DNA of 64,000 nucleotides. Source: Brevibacterium luteolum. Its GTDB lineage: Bacteria > Actinomycetota > Actinomycetes > Actinomycetales > Brevibacteriaceae. The first letter of the stretch is position 1. Every line of letters begins with the position of its first letter. The stretch lies in NCBI RefSeq assembly GCF_013004595.1, contig NZ_JABEMC010000001.1:124001-188000 (forward strand). Direction: 5' to 3'. This document shows, in pieces, positions 21,619-32,476 of this stretch. Below the pieces are notes generated by a model. It ran no database searches. It was not told the origin of the DNA and saw nothing but the letters and a program-made list of their open reading frames with translations. The translations under genes and the position numbers were made by a program.

Positions 21619-23700
21619 ATGAGATTGCCCACTCGCATCGCAGCCGCACTCGCCGCGTGCGCTCTGACGCTGAGCATCCCGACCGTCGGCTCCGCTGCCA
21701 CCACCGTCGACCGCGCCGCGGACGCGACCGCTGCCGAGTCGGCCACCGCCTCGGGCGCGGACACTCCAGCGGCTGGTCCGCTTGCAGATCCCGCCACCGC
21801 CGGCGGTTCGACTGCAGGCAGCAGCGGCGGCAGTCAGCCGATCATGCTCATCATCGACGGTTCGGGCTCGATGAAGGCCGCCGACGTCGACGACAAAGGC
21901 ACCACCCGGTTGGATGCTGCGAAGGATGCGGCCAAAGACGTCATCGACAACCTCAACGACAGCGCCCAGGTCGGCCTGACCGCCTACGGCATGAACACCG
22001 GCAGCTCTGATGCAGAGAAGGCCGCCGGCTGCAAGGACATCGAGGTGCTCTCCGCAGTCGAGCCGATCGACCGCGACGGGTTGAAGAAGCAGGTCGACTC
22101 GATCAAGGCCTCCGGCTACACACCGATCGGCGAAGCACTGAAAAAGGCCGCCGAAGAGCTGCCTGGCGAGGGCTCCGGCGGCATCGTGCTGCTGTCCGAT
22201 GGTGAGGACACCTGCGCTCCACCGCCGCCGTGCGACGTGGCCAAGGAGCTCGTCGAAGACGGCGTCGACCTCAAGATCCACACTGTCGGCCTGCGCGTCG
22301 ACGAGAACGCCCGCAAGGAACTCACCTGCATCGCCGATGAGACGCAGGGCACCTACGCTGATGCCGAGGACACCACCAGCCTGCAGGCCTCGATGCAGGC
22401 CGCTGCGCGGGCCGCACTGACCGGCTACGAGGCCCAGGGCACCCCGATCACCGGTGGTGAGGACCGCGCGTCCGCCGCCGACATCCAGCCCGGCCAGTAC
22501 CTCGACAGCCTGCCCTCGGCCACCGGCAAGATCACCGAGTCGACCGGCATGCGCAGCTACAGGTTCCACCTCGACGAGGGCGAGCGCGGCCTGCTCTCAG
22601 CGACGATGGTCCAGCCGTGGTCGGATTCCGGACGGGTGGATCATGACGCGGTGAACCTGGTCGTCAGCGCTGCGGAGGAGGAGAGCTGCAGGCGCAGCGA
22701 CACGACGCTGGCCAATGCGATGAACCTCGGCGATCTGCCGCCGAGCGCCTTCATCGACACCGGTGCGATCGGCCCGGACAACGCCCGCGTCGAAGGGTCC
22801 GATTGCTTCACCGAGGCCGGGGACTACATCGTCACCGTCGAGCGCACCGGCGGCAGCGACCAGACGAAGGACACGCCGTTCCCGCTTGAGCTCAACCTCG
22901 TCGTCCAGCCCGGAACCGATCCCGATGACTTCCCGGAGCCCGCGACCGGCCCGGAGCAGCTCGACTTCCTGCCCGCACCCGGTCATCAGGCGAGCCCGCT
23001 CGGCGGCGGCACCTCTTTCGGCACCGCCCCGGAGCTCACGGACCCAGTGGTGACCTCGAGCATCAACGTCGGCGAGGTGCAGTACTTCAAGGTGCCGGTC
23101 AAATACGGCCAGCAGATCCGCGTGCGCGCCGACTTCGAAGTCCCCGGCAAGGACAAGGCGGTGACGGGCAACCCGAACCTGTGGATCCTCAACCCGCTGC
23201 GCCAGGAGGTCACCTCGGTGCGTCCCGGCGAACCCGGTGCACACGACTTCGACAACCAGGAGGACATCTTCGGCGACGAGGGCCACGCCTATACCGGCAG
23301 CCGGCAGGCCACGGTACTGGCGCTCAACTCCGCGGTGCCGGTCAACCCGCGCAACCTCGACGGCGAAGACGACCCGAAGTTCAAGACCTCACCGGTGAGC
23401 TTCGACGGGTTCTACTACTTCGCCTTCAGCTACTCCGACCTCCACGGCGAGTCCTTCGGCACACCGGGGGAGTATACGCTGAGCTGGGATGTCGTCGGCG
23501 ACCCGACCGACGGTCCGGGTGCTGAAGGCGCAGGGGATACCGATGATGACGGCGCCGATCAGGCTGCCAGCGGTGGCCAGTCGGTGTGGATGAGTGCACT
23601 CACGTGGGGCGGCATCGCCCTTGGAGCGATCGTGCTCATCGGTGCGGTGCTGGTGGCGATCCTGCTGCTGCGCACCCGCCGCGCACGCCTCGGCGGCTGA
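21619..23700 (+). CDS. surface VWA-domain protein with C-terminal membrane anchor
   Basis: signal peptide; MIDAS DGSGS...T...SDG; C-terminal TM plus basic tail. Confidence 0.85.
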   Translation: MRLPTRIAAALAACALTLSIPTVGSAATTVDRAADATAAESATASGADTPAAGPLADPATAGGSTAGSSGGSQPIMLIIDGSGSMKAADVDDKGTTRLDAAKDAAKDVIDNLNDSAQVGLTAYGMNTGSSDAEKAAGCKDIEVLSAVEPIDRDGLKKQVDSIKASGYTPIGEALKKAAEELPGEGSGGIVLLSDGEDTCAPPPPCDVAKELVEDGVDLKIHTVGLRVDENARKELTCIADETQGTYADAEDTTSLQASMQAAARAALTGYEAQGTPITGGEDRASAADIQPGQYLDSLPSATGKITESTGMRSYRFHLDEGERGLLSATMVQPWSDSGRVDHDAVNLVVSAAEEESCRRSDTTLANAMNLGDLPPSAFIDTGAIGPDNARVEGSDCFTEAGDYIVTVERTGGSDQTKDTPFPLELNLVVQPGTDPDDFPEPATGPEQLDFLPAPGHQASPLGGGTSFGTAPELTDPVVTSSINVGEVQYFKVPVKYGQQIRVRADFEVPGKDKAVTGNPNLWILNPLRQEVTSVRPGEPGAHDFDNQEDIFGDEGHAYTGSRQATVLALNSAVPVNPRNLDGEDDPKFKTSPVSFDGFYYFAFSYSDLHGESFGTPGEYTLSWDVVGDPTDGPGAEGAGDTDDDGADQAASGGQSVWMSALTWGGIALGAIVLIGAVLVAILLLRTRRARLGG

Positions 23701-23713
23701 CATGCACTGCGCC

Positions 23714-23754
23714 GAACCGCCTCGGGGCCGCAAGATCGGCGCCCGAGGCGGTTC
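23714..23754. terminator. hairpin built from two inverted copies of the ACCGCCTCGGG repeat
   Basis: gaaccgcctcggg...cccgaggcggttc between convergent genes. Confidence 0.6.
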
Positions 23755-23825
23755 CTGCGTTCCGCCCGCTGGTGCGGTGGCCGAGCTGTGTGGTGACTGG
23801 TTGGTAAGGCGGCCGGGCTGTCAGG

Positions 23826-24377
23826 TCATTGGGGGCCGCGGGTCATGCGGATCTCAGCCAGGTCATCAGCGGCCGCGTCGACGTTGCGGGTGCCGTCGGG
23901 TGTGAAGCCGTTGCGGGCGTAGAAGCTGCGGGCGCGCGGATTGTCCTCGGCCACCCACAGGGTGGCCGGCGCAGTGTCGATCGCCGCATCCAAAAGCGCC
24001 TGGCCGAGACCGGTTCCGTAGTGGCTGCTGAGGATGTACAGCGCCCACAGCTCCAAGCCGGTGCGGTCGTCGTCGCGGGCCCCACCGACGCTCGCGAACC
24101 CGATGACATCGGTGCTCGGCAACAGGCCCGGTGTCGTGACCGGGGTGCCGGCGTCTGTGCGAATGGCCAGGCGAGTGCGCGCACATGACTCTGGCTGCGT
24201 CAGCCACTGTGCCCACTGCTCGGTGCGGGTGGCCAACACCGCATCGTCGTAGAAGCGCTCATCCAGCAGGTGGCCGTAGGCTTCCCGCCATCCGGCGACG
24301 TGCACGCGCGCAATCGCGGCCCCGAGCTCAACGTCGGGCTGCGGACTGGCCTGTGGGGTGATGATGGCGAAGGGCAT
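23826..24377 (-). CDS. GNAT acetyltransferase
   Basis: LYIL..HYGTGLG, LWVAEDNPRARSFYARNGF. Confidence 0.88.
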   Translation of the reverse strand: MPFAIITPQASPQPDVELGAAIARVHVAGWREAYGHLLDERFYDDAVLATRTEQWAQWLTQPESCARTRLAIRTDAGTPVTTPGLLPSTDVIGFASVGGARDDDRTGLELWALYILSSHYGTGLGQALLDAAIDTAPATLWVAEDNPRARSFYARNGFTPDGTRNVDAAADDLAEIRMTRGPQ

Positions 24378-24423
24378 GACAGCACCCTAGAGGAGGGGTT
24401 CGGGCTCGTCTAGACTCGGAGTC

Positions 24424-24765
24424 ATGTCCTTCTCGATCATCGACGTCGGCAGCGAGCTGCTCGAACGCGCCGCCGACGAGCCGACGAAGCTGGCGACCAA
24501 ACGGATTCCCTCGGACAATGCCGCAATCGTGCGTATCCTCATCGCGATGCGCACTGGCGCGCAGCTGTCCGATCACCCCAACCCCGGTGAGGCAGTCATC
24601 ACGATCCATCGCGGAGCTGCCACCCTGACCGGCGAATCTGGTGAAGCGATCGCCCTCGACTCCGGCGAGACCGCCGACATCCCGCAGGAAACCCATCGGC
24701 TTGATGCCGACCGTGACACGATCGCTGTGCTCACCCTTATCCACCGCAGCCGCCTGCAGTCCTGA
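24424..24765 (+). CDS. cupin-domain protein
   Basis: LSDHPNPGEA...IPQETHRL; TAGACT -10 7 nt upstream. Confidence 0.7.
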   Translation: MSFSIIDVGSELLERAADEPTKLATKRIPSDNAAIVRILIAMRTGAQLSDHPNPGEAVITIHRGAATLTGESGEAIALDSGETADIPQETHRLDADRDTIAVLTLIHRSRLQS

Positions 24766-24894
24766 ACCATCGCCGGTCAGTACGCCGTCAGCCGGCAGAC
24801 GTGCTGGCAGGCCGGTCAGCAGATCCTGGCAATCCGCTCCAGGTGACCGCCAGGTCCCTTGTCCTCCCTGGGCAATGTTGGCAGAGTTGCAGAC

Positions 24895-25365
24895 ATGACT
24901 GAGAACGCTACGAACATCACTGTCACCCGCACGATCGATGCCCCGGCCAAGGAGATCTTCGACCTGCTCAGCCTGCCGGAGCGCCATCACGAGTTCGATG
25001 GCTCGGGCATGGTGCGCTCAGATGACAAGTCGGATCGCATTCAGGCGGTCGGCGAAGTGTTCGTCATGAACATGCACGCCGAGCACATGGGTGGGGATTA
25101 CCAGACGTACAACCACGTCACCGCCTTCGACCGCGACAAGATGATCGGCTGGCAGCCGGCTCCGGAGAAGAACAAAGACAACCCGGACGGCTGGGAGTGG
25201 CTGTACGAGCTGCGCCCGCTCAGCGCCGACTCGACCGAGGTGACGCTCACCTACGACTGGTCGAAGATCGACGATGAGAAGCTCGCCTCGATCTTCCCGC
25301 TGGTGAGCGAGGCCGAACTCGACGACTCCCTCAATCAGCTCGCCGCCGCCGTATCCGGAAGCTGA
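24895..25365 (+). CDS. SRPBCC/polyketide cyclase family protein
   Basis: RTIDAP..IFDLL..P.RH..FDGSG, W.YEL, VTLTYDWS. Confidence 0.8.
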   Translation: MTENATNITVTRTIDAPAKEIFDLLSLPERHHEFDGSGMVRSDDKSDRIQAVGEVFVMNMHAEHMGGDYQTYNHVTAFDRDKMIGWQPAPEKNKDNPDGWEWLYELRPLSADSTEVTLTYDWSKIDDEKLASIFPLVSEAELDDSLNQLAAAVSGS

Positions 25366-25479
25366 GCCACCGCCTCGGGAGCGGAACCCCCCGGCATCAG
25401 GAATCGCCCGGTCGCTGTCAGCGCAGCGACCGGGCGACCGTCATGCCGAGGGGCGGTCTCACGGCCGCACGGCAGCAGA

Positions 25480-26091
25480 TCAGTCCTCGGTGACCTCACC
25501 GGTATCGGCGTCGACGGTGACCTCTTCTGAGTCGCCGTTCTGCGCGATGTCGAACTGGTACTTCAGGCGGTTGTCGTCCCAGCTGTAAGACCATTCCGTG
25601 ATCCGGCCGTCACGCACCTCAAGGGCCTTGTCGCGGGCCTCGTCGAAGGTCATCGGATCATTGAGATCGATGGCCTCCTCCTTGTCGTTGGTGCTGTCCT
25701 CTTCGGTCTTGACGATCTCACCGGTGTCGGCGTTGATGTCGACCTCGTGGTCGGTGCCGTCGACGAGCGTCGCGACGGTCCAGACCCAAGCGCTGTGGTC
25801 GTCCTCCCAATCGATCTCGATGGAGTGGACGGTGCCCTCGCCGACCTCCTGGGTGGCGGCGTCGATGGCATCCTGGGCGCTGGTGGCGAACTCATGGGTG
25901 GCCAGGTCGGCGTCCTTGGGGGTGCCGTCACCGGAGTCCGCGCCCGAGGTGTCCCCACCGGTGTCCTCGGAGGTCGCCTCCGCGCCTGCGGGCTGGGTCG
26001 GGCTGTCATCAATGGCGTCGTCGCCTCCGCTGCAGCCGGCGAGGACTGCGGCGACGGACACTGCTGCGATACCTGCCAGAACTCTGCGCAT
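25480..26091 (-). CDS. PepSY-domain lipoprotein
   Basis: lipobox LAGC; two PepSY-like repeats ending INADTGE / VDADTGE. Confidence 0.8.
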   Translation of the reverse strand: MRRVLAGIAAVSVAAVLAGCSGGDDAIDDSPTQPAGAEATSEDTGGDTSGADSGDGTPKDADLATHEFATSAQDAIDAATQEVGEGTVHSIEIDWEDDHSAWVWTVATLVDGTDHEVDINADTGEIVKTEEDSTNDKEEAIDLNDPMTFDEARDKALEVRDGRITEWSYSWDDNRLKYQFDIAQNGDSEEVTVDADTGEVTED

Positions 26092-26277
26092 AAGGTGCTC
26101 CTTCGTCGGCGGATTGATCAGCTTCAGGATACCAGCGTCGGATCAAGGCGCCTTGTGCAGCCGATGTCGGCGTGCGAGCGGTTCTGCGCTGCACATGACG
26201 GTGCCCGGGGCAGCAGAAGCGCTGCCCCGGGCACCGGAGTCACTGCTGCAGCCGGCGGACCGGTCAGCAGCTGAACG

Positions 26278-26814
26278 TCACTTCGAGAGGGCTTCGATGA
26301 GTGCCTTGTTGAAGACCTCCAGATCACCGGGGTTGCGAGAGGTGATGAGGTTTCCGTCGACGACGAGTTCGGAGTCCTCCCAGGTCGCCCCGGCGTTCTG
26401 CATATCGACCTTGAGTGACTCGTACGAGGTCAGCCTGCGCCCCTTGGCCAGACCGGTCTGGGCGAGGATCCAGGGAGCGTGGCAGATCGCAGCGACAGGC
26501 TTGCCGGCTGCGAAGAATGCCTCGACGAGTGCGCCGGCATCGGCATCAAGGCGCAGTGAGTCGGCGTTGAGCGTGCCGCCGGGCAGCACGAGCATGTCGT
26601 AGTCAGCGGCATCTGCATCGGCGACCGGGACGTCGACGTCGAAGACCTCGGCGTGCTCCCAGTCGCCCTCCATCGCCTGCAGAGTGCCCTGGCTGGGGGA
26701 CACGATGAATGTCTGCGCGCCGGCCTCGTCAAGCGCCGTGCGCGGGCTGGTGAGTTCGACCTGCTCGACGCCGCGTGTGAGCAGGAATGCAACCTTCTTA
26801 TCGGACAGGGCCAT
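26278..26814 (-). CDS. PfpI/DJ-1 family protein
   Basis: GVEQVEL, LVLPGG, AICHAPW, TSRNPGD; GAAGGAG RBS. Confidence 0.9.
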   Translation of the reverse strand: MALSDKKVAFLLTRGVEQVELTSPRTALDEAGAQTFIVSPSQGTLQAMEGDWEHAEVFDVDVPVADADAADYDMLVLPGGTLNADSLRLDADAGALVEAFFAAGKPVAAICHAPWILAQTGLAKGRRLTSYESLKVDMQNAGATWEDSELVVDGNLITSRNPGDLEVFNKALIEALSK

Positions 26815-26935
26815 GGTGCTCCTTCCATCGGGTGTGTGATCCACATCTGCATAAACGCCGCAACCCGGGCGAGTATTCCATGCCCGAGGCGACGGTTCCC
26901 GTGCCCGAGGTGGTGGTGGGCTCGCATCGTCCGGC

Positions 26936-27619
26936 TCAGAGACCGCCGGTGCCCAGGGCGGTGCGCACCATCGTCTCGAAGTGGCTGACGTGCTCAGCGG
27001 CCAGGTCGGCGGCGCGCTCGCCGTCGCCGTCGAGGATCGCGGCCAGCAGCTCGGCGTGCTCGCCGACGTGCTGCGGGACCCCGCGCAGGCGCAGTGCGAG
27101 GACGCACCAGATGCGGGTGGCGAGGCTGTCGAGCCGGATGAGCGTCTCACTCAGGTGCGGATTGCCGGCGGCAGTGTAGATCGTCCGGTGCACACGGGTG
27201 TCGAACTCCAGCAGGCTCCGCGCATCGACCGCCGCGGCCGTGCTGATCGCACCAGACGTGTCGATCGCCGCGGCCTCGGCGGCGAGCGCTGCGAGCTGGC
27301 TGCGCAGCTGCGGATCCTGGCAAGCGGCAGCCCGCCGTGCGGCGACGGGCTCGAGGATGCTGCGCAGTTCGGAGATGTCGACGAGGTCGGCGATCTCGAC
27401 CTGCGTGGCGAAGGTGCCGCGGCGCGGATACGAGACGACGAGGTGTTCGCTCTCCAGGCGCTTGAGCGCTTCGCGCAACGGGGTGCGGCCGATCCCGAAC
27501 TCTGCTGCGAGGTTCGCCTCGCGGATCGGCTCACCTGGGGCGATGTCGAGCATCACGAGTGCATCGCGCAGGCGCACATAGGCCCGCTCGGCCAGTGAGC
27601 TCGCCTCCGGCATCAGCAT
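26936..27619 (-). CDS. GntR (FCD) transcriptional regulator
   Basis: GRTPLREAL HTH, C-terminal FCD His residues; divergent from sox operon. Confidence 0.9.
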   Translation of the reverse strand: MLMPEASSLAERAYVRLRDALVMLDIAPGEPIREANLAAEFGIGRTPLREALKRLESEHLVVSYPRRGTFATQVEIADLVDISELRSILEPVAARRAAACQDPQLRSQLAALAAEAAAIDTSGAISTAAAVDARSLLEFDTRVHRTIYTAAGNPHLSETLIRLDSLATRIWCVLALRLRGVPQHVGEHAELLAAILDGDGERAADLAAEHVSHFETMVRTALGTGGL

Positions 27620-27670
27620 CTCCCCTCATCGCGCCGCACTGCGGTGAACGAACCGCGGCGAAAGGACCTC

Positions 27671-27719
27671 TTGACGAGATCCTAGTCACATTCTACTGTG
27701 GTGTCACATTGATATATCA
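27671..27719 (+). promoter_or_regulatory. sox operon promoter and candidate GntR operator
   Basis: TTGACG-17 bp-TACTGT; palindrome TGATATATCA at 27710-27719; GTCACATT repeated twice. Confidence 0.6.
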
Positions 27720-27809
27720 GTCGTCGATCAGTCGTCTCCTGCAGTGATGGGACGGTGTCTGAGCCCGGCACAGGCGCCGGTGCCGATGACTGCGTGCGAG
27801 AGGAGCACC

Positions 27810-29033
27810 ATGCAGGATCAGCGCGTGCTGCCAGCGCATCCGGACTTCATGTGGCGCAGCCCGGAGCCCAAGCGCCGGTACGACGTCATCATCGTCGGCG
27901 GCGGAGGCCACGGCCTGGCCACCGCCTACTACCTGGCCAAGAACCACGGCGTCACCAACGTCGCCGTCCTCGAGCGCGGCTGGCTGGCCGGAGGCAACAT
28001 GGCCCGCAACACCGCGATCATCCGCTCCAATTACCTGTGGGATGAGTCGGCGGCGATCTACGAGCACTCGATGCAGCTGTGGGAGGGCCTGGAAGACGAA
28101 CTCGACTATGAGATCTTCTTCGACCAGCGCGGCGTGCTCAACCTCGCCCACACCCTGCAGGAGGTGCGCGACTCCGTCCGCCGCGTCGAAGCCAACCGGC
28201 TGGCCGGCATCGACGCCGAATGGGTCGAACCCGACCAGGTCAAAGAGCTCTGCCCCATCATCAACATCGACGACAACCTGCGCTATCCGGTCCTCGGCGC
28301 GACATACCAGGCTCGAGGCGGGATCGCCAAGCATGACTGGGTCGCCTGGGCATTCGCCCGCCGGGCCTCCGAGCTCGGCGTCGACATCATCCAGAACTGC
28401 GAGGTCACCGGCTTCGACATCGAACACGGCCAGGTCAAGGGCGTACAGACCAACCTCGGGCCGATCGGCGCTGAATCCGTCGCGCTGGCCGCGGCCGGCG
28501 CCTCCTCGACCCTGGCGGAGCTGGCCGGTTTCCGGCTGCCGATCCAGACCCGCCCGCTGCAGGCACTCGTGTCCGAACTCCACGAGATCGTCCACCCGAA
28601 TGTCGTCATGAGCAACCACGTCCACGTCTACGTCTCCCAGGCGCAGAAAGGCGAACTCGTCATGGGGGCTGGCGTCGATGCGTACAACGGCTACGGCCAG
28701 CGGGGCTCATTCCACGTCATCGAACATCAGATGGCCGCCGCCGTCGAGCTCTTCCCGATCTTCGCCCGCGCCCACCTGCTGCGCGCCTGGGGCGGCAATG
28801 TCGACGTCACGATGGATGCCTCCCCGGTCGTCGGGCTCAGCCCGGTCGACAATCTCTACGTCAACTGCGGCTGGGGCACCGGCGGTTTCAAGGGCACCCC
28901 GGGCGCCGGGTACGTCTACGCCCACACGATCGCCACCGGCCAGCCGCATGAGCTCAACGCCCCGTTCAGCCTCGAGCGCTTCGACACCGGCGCCCTCGTC
29001 GACGAACACGGCGCAGCCGGCGTCGCCCACTGA
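27810..29033 (+). CDS. soxB: sarcosine oxidase subunit beta
   Basis: [30 protein letters not shown]-terminal GAAGVAH. Confidence 0.95.
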   Translation: MQDQRVLPAHPDFMWRSPEPKRRYDVIIVGGGGHGLATAYYLAKNHGVTNVAVLERGWLAGGNMARNTAIIRSNYLWDESAAIYEHSMQLWEGLEDELDYEIFFDQRGVLNLAHTLQEVRDSVRRVEANRLAGIDAEWVEPDQVKELCPIINIDDNLRYPVLGATYQARGGIAKHDWVAWAFARRASELGVDIIQNCEVTGFDIEHGQVKGVQTNLGPIGAESVALAAAGASSTLAELAGFRLPIQTRPLQALVSELHEIVHPNVVMSNHVHVYVSQAQKGELVMGAGVDAYNGYGQRGSFHVIEHQMAAAVELFPIFARAHLLRAWGGNVDVTMDASPVVGLSPVDNLYVNCGWGTGGFKGTPGAGYVYAHTIATGQPHELNAPFSLERFDTGALVDEHGAAGVAH

Positions 29034-29059
29034 CCGGATCGCAGACCTCAGGAGACACC

Positions 29060-29416
29060 ATGCTCATCATCGACTGCCCCCACTGCGGTCCCCGGATGGA
29101 GACCGAATTCCACTACGGCGGACAGGCCGACATCGCCTACCCGGCTGATGCAGCAGACCTGCCGGATACCGACTGGGCCCAGTTCCTCTTCTACCGCGAC
29201 AACCCGCGCGGGGACTTCGCCGAACGCTGGGTCCACACCGCCGGTTGCCGCAGATGGCTCACCGTCACCCGCAACACCGTGACCAACGAGTTCACCTCCA
29301 CTTCGCGGCCCGGCGCCCCGGCACCGCAGGCCAGCACCGACGCCCACGTCACCACCACCGCCGAGGCACCGCTCGCCTCGGGCGCGGACACCGCCCGGAA
29401 GGAGGGCCAGCCATGA
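29060..29416 (+). CDS. soxD: sarcosine oxidase subunit delta
   Basis: CPHCGPR, ERWVHTAGCRRW. Confidence 0.92.
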   Translation: MLIIDCPHCGPRMETEFHYGGQADIAYPADAADLPDTDWAQFLFYRDNPRGDFAERWVHTAGCRRWLTVTRNTVTNEFTSTSRPGAPAPQASTDAHVTTTAEAPLASGADTARKEGQP

Positions 29417-32400
29417 CCCGCACACCACACGCCAACAGCGGCCAGCCCGGCACCCGCCTGCCGGGAGCCGGCATCGATATCGACACCCCCATCAGCTTCG
29501 AGATCGACGGTGAGACGATCACCGGCCTCGCGGGTGACACGCTGGCCTCTGCGCTCATCGCCGCAGGCCGCACCCGCTGCGGTGACTCGCTGTACCGGTC
29601 GCGGCCGCGCGGCATCTTCACCGACGGCACTGCTGAGCCCAACGCCTACGTCGAGACCACCATCGACGGGGTCACCGAGACGATGCGCCAGGCCACCATC
29701 GTCGAACTCAGCCCAGGCATCACCGCCCGCACACTCACCGGCCTCGGCCGCCTCATGGACCCGCCCGCCCCAGGCGAATCCGCCGACCCGGGCAAGCGGA
29801 CGATCGCCCGCTACGACAAGCGCAGCACCTTCGCCGACGTGCTCATCGTCGGCGCAGGCCCTGCCGGCCTGGCCGCCGCCCGGGCTGCCGCGCGCACCGG
29901 AGCACGGGTGATCCTGGCCGAACAGGACTTCCGCCTCGGCGGCCGCGCCCTTTCCTCCGACGAGACGATCGAAGGCCAGCCGGCCGCCGCCTGGATCGCA
30001 GGCGTCCGCGCCGAACTCGAGGCCTGCGAGGAATGCCGGATCCTCACCCGCACCGCCGTCGTCGGCGCCTTCGACTCGAACTACTTCGTCGCCGTCGAAT
30101 CCCGCCGCGACCACCTCGACGGAGCACCGGCCGGCATGTCCCGGCAACGGCTGTGGCACATCACCGCCGACCAGGTGGTGCTCGCCACCGGCGCGCTCGA
30201 ACGCCCCCTCGTCTTCGCCCACAACGACCGGCCCGGCATCATGCTCGCCTCGGCCGCGGCCAGTTGGCTGCACCGCTTCGGCATCCTGCCCGGCCGCCAG
30301 GTCACGATCGCCACGACGAACGACTCGCCCTACTCGCTCGCCTCCGCGCTCGCCGCCGCCGGCGCCGAGGTGACGGTCATCGACTCGCGCACGAACCCCG
30401 CCGCCGAGGCGGTCGAAACCACAGGTGTCACCGTCCACCGCGGGTGCGCGGTCACCGAATCGCTCAGCGACTGCGATGACGGGCACGTCACCGGCGTGCG
30501 CTTCGGTGCTTTCGACGGCACGCTTGTCGACGCAGCCAGCCAGCAGGAGACCGACTGCGATCTGCTGCTGCTCGCCGGCGGCTGGACGCCGACGGTGCAC
30601 CTGCACTCACAGCGCCGCGGGGACCTGCACTGGGACGAGACCCTCAGCGGCTTCGTCCCGAGCACACCCGTGCGGGATCAGCACCTGGCCGGCGCCGTCT
30701 GCGGCACCTACACCACCGAGCTGTGCCTGACCGAAGGCACGACTGCCGGAGCGGCTGCTGCTGCGACGACCGCATGGGTGCGCGAACACGGCGACCCGGC
30801 CACCGCCTCGGGCACGGAGCCGGCCACCGCCTCGGGAACGGGCGTCACCGACAGCCAGCGCCGCGAGGCCTGCGGGGAGATCCGGCCGGTGTGGCTGGGC
30901 GCAGCCCGCCTGCCCGGTGGCGACCGGGCCGATGAGAACGTCGAGTTCGACACCTGCTTCCTCGACCTGCAGCGCGACGAGTCCGTGCGCAACGCCGTGC
31001 GCGCGATCAACGCCGGGATGCGCAATGTCGAGCACATCAAGCGCTACACCTCGATCGCCACCGGTGCCGAGCAGGGCCGGCTATCCTCGGTCGTGACGAA
31101 CGGGATCATCGCCCAGGCACTCGGCGCCGACATTGGCGAACTGGGGGTCACGACCTTCCGCGCACCCTACTCGCCGGTGTCTTTCGCCGCCCTGGCCGGA
31201 CGCTCCCACGGAGAGCTCTACGACCCAGCCCGGCTCACCCCAACCCACTTCTGGGCACTGGAGCGCGGGGTGGTGTTCGAAGACGTCGGACAGTGGAAGC
31301 GCGCCCGTTTTTTCGCCCGCGACGGTGAGGACATGGACGCTGCCGTCGCACGTGAATGCGCGGCCGTGCGTGAGCGGGTCGGCTTCCAGGACGCCTCGAC
31401 ACTCGGCAAGATCGAGATCCGAGGCGCCGACGCCCCGGAGTTCCTCAACCGAATGTACACCAACGGGTTCCTCAAGCTCGCCGTCGGCAAGGGCCGCTAC
31501 GGGCTCATGTGCGGCCCCGACGGGATGGTCATCGACGACGGCGTCTCACTGCGCTTGGCCGAGGACCGGTACTTCATGTCGACGACGACCGGCAATGCCG
31601 CCCACATCCTCGAACACCTCGAAGAGTACGCGCAGACCGAATGGCCCGAACTCGACGTGACGATCACCTCGGTGACCGAGCAGTGGGCGACGATCGCCGT
31701 GGCCGGGCCGCTGTCGCGCAAGGTCATCGCCAAGCTCTTCCCGGACCTCGACGTCAGCCAGGACGCCTTCGGCTTCATGGAGTTCCGCACCGCCGACCTC
31801 CAGGCACCCGGCGGCGGCGAGCCGGTCCAGGCGCGGGTCTGCCGGATCACCTTCTCCGGTGAGCTCGCCTTCGAGATCAACGTGCCGGCCTGGTACGGTC
31901 GCGCGGTCGCTGAACTCGTCGAAGCCGCCGGTGAGGAGTTCGGCATCACCCCCTACGGCACCGAGACGATGCACGTGCTGCGCGCCGAGAAGGCCTTCCC
32001 GATCGTCGGGCAGGACACCGACGGCACCGTCAGCCCGCACGACCTCGGCATGGGCTGGGCAGTCTCGACGCGCAAGGAGTTCGTCGGCAGCCGCTCCTTC
32101 GCCCGCGCCTTCAACCACGACCCCAACCGCAAGCACCTCGTTGCGCTGCTGCCGGTGGACCGCGAGCTCGTGCTCCCGGAGGGCGCGCAGATCATCGCCG
32201 AGGACGACGCGCCGGCCGCCGAGGCGATCATCACCTCCCAGGGCCGGGCTGACTCAAAATCGCCGATCCCGATGATCGGGCAGGTGACGTCGAGCTACAT
32301 GTCCCAGGCGCTCGGCCGCAGCTTCGCGCTCGCCCTCGTCAAGGGCGGCCGCGACCGCATCGGCCAGACCGTCGTGGCGAGCTTCGGCGGCCGCTTCGTC

Positions 32401-32475
32401 CCCGCGACCATCGCAGACACGGTCGTCTTCGACCCCGAGAACACGCGCCGCGACGGCGTGGAAGGAGTGAGCTGA
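29413..32475 (+). CDS. soxA: sarcosine oxidase subunit alpha
   Basis: GDTLASAL, GAGPAGL, KRYT..G..QG, GcvT-like C-terminus; ATG overlaps soxD stop. Confidence 0.95.
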   Translation: MTRTPHANSGQPGTRLPGAGIDIDTPISFEIDGETITGLAGDTLASALIAAGRTRCGDSLYRSRPRGIFTDGTAEPNAYVETTIDGVTETMRQATIVELSPGITARTLTGLGRLMDPPAPGESADPGKRTIARYDKRSTFADVLIVGAGPAGLAAARAAARTGARVILAEQDFRLGGRALSSDETIEGQPAAAWIAGVRAELEACEECRILTRTAVVGAFDSNYFVAVESRRDHLDGAPAGMSRQRLWHITADQVVLATGALERPLVFAHNDRPGIMLASAAASWLHRFGILPGRQVTIATTNDSPYSLASALAAAGAEVTVIDSRTNPAAEAVETTGVTVHRGCAVTESLSDCDDGHVTGVRFGAFDGTLVDAASQQETDCDLLLLAGGWTPTVHLHSQRRGDLHWDETLSGFVPSTPVRDQHLAGAVCGTYTTELCLTEGTTAGAAAAATTAWVREHGDPATASGTEPATASGTGVTDSQRREACGEIRPVWLGAARLPGGDRADENVEFDTCFLDLQRDESVRNAVRAINAGMRNVEHIKRYTSIATGAEQGRLSSVVTNGIIAQALGADIGELGVTTFRAPYSPVSFAALAGRSHGELYDPARLTPTHFWALERGVVFEDVGQWKRARFFARDGEDMDAAVARECAAVRERVGFQDASTLGKIEIRGADAPEFLNRMYTNGFLKLAVGKGRYGLMCGPDGMVIDDGVSLRLAEDRYFMSTTTGNAAHILEHLEEYAQTEWPELDVTITSVTEQWATIAVAGPLSRKVIAKLFPDLDVSQDAFGFMEFRTADLQAPGGGEPVQARVCRITFSGELAFEINVPAWYGRAVAELVEAAGEEFGITPYGTETMHVLRAEKAFPIVGQDTDGTVSPHDLGMGWAVSTRKEFVGSRSFARAFNHDPNRKHLVALLPVDRELVLPEGAQIIAEDDAPAAEAIITSQGRADSKSPIPMIGQVTSSYMSQALGRSFALALVKGGRDRIGQTVVASFGGRFVPATIADTVVFDPENTRRDGVEGVS

Positions 32476-32476
32476 G

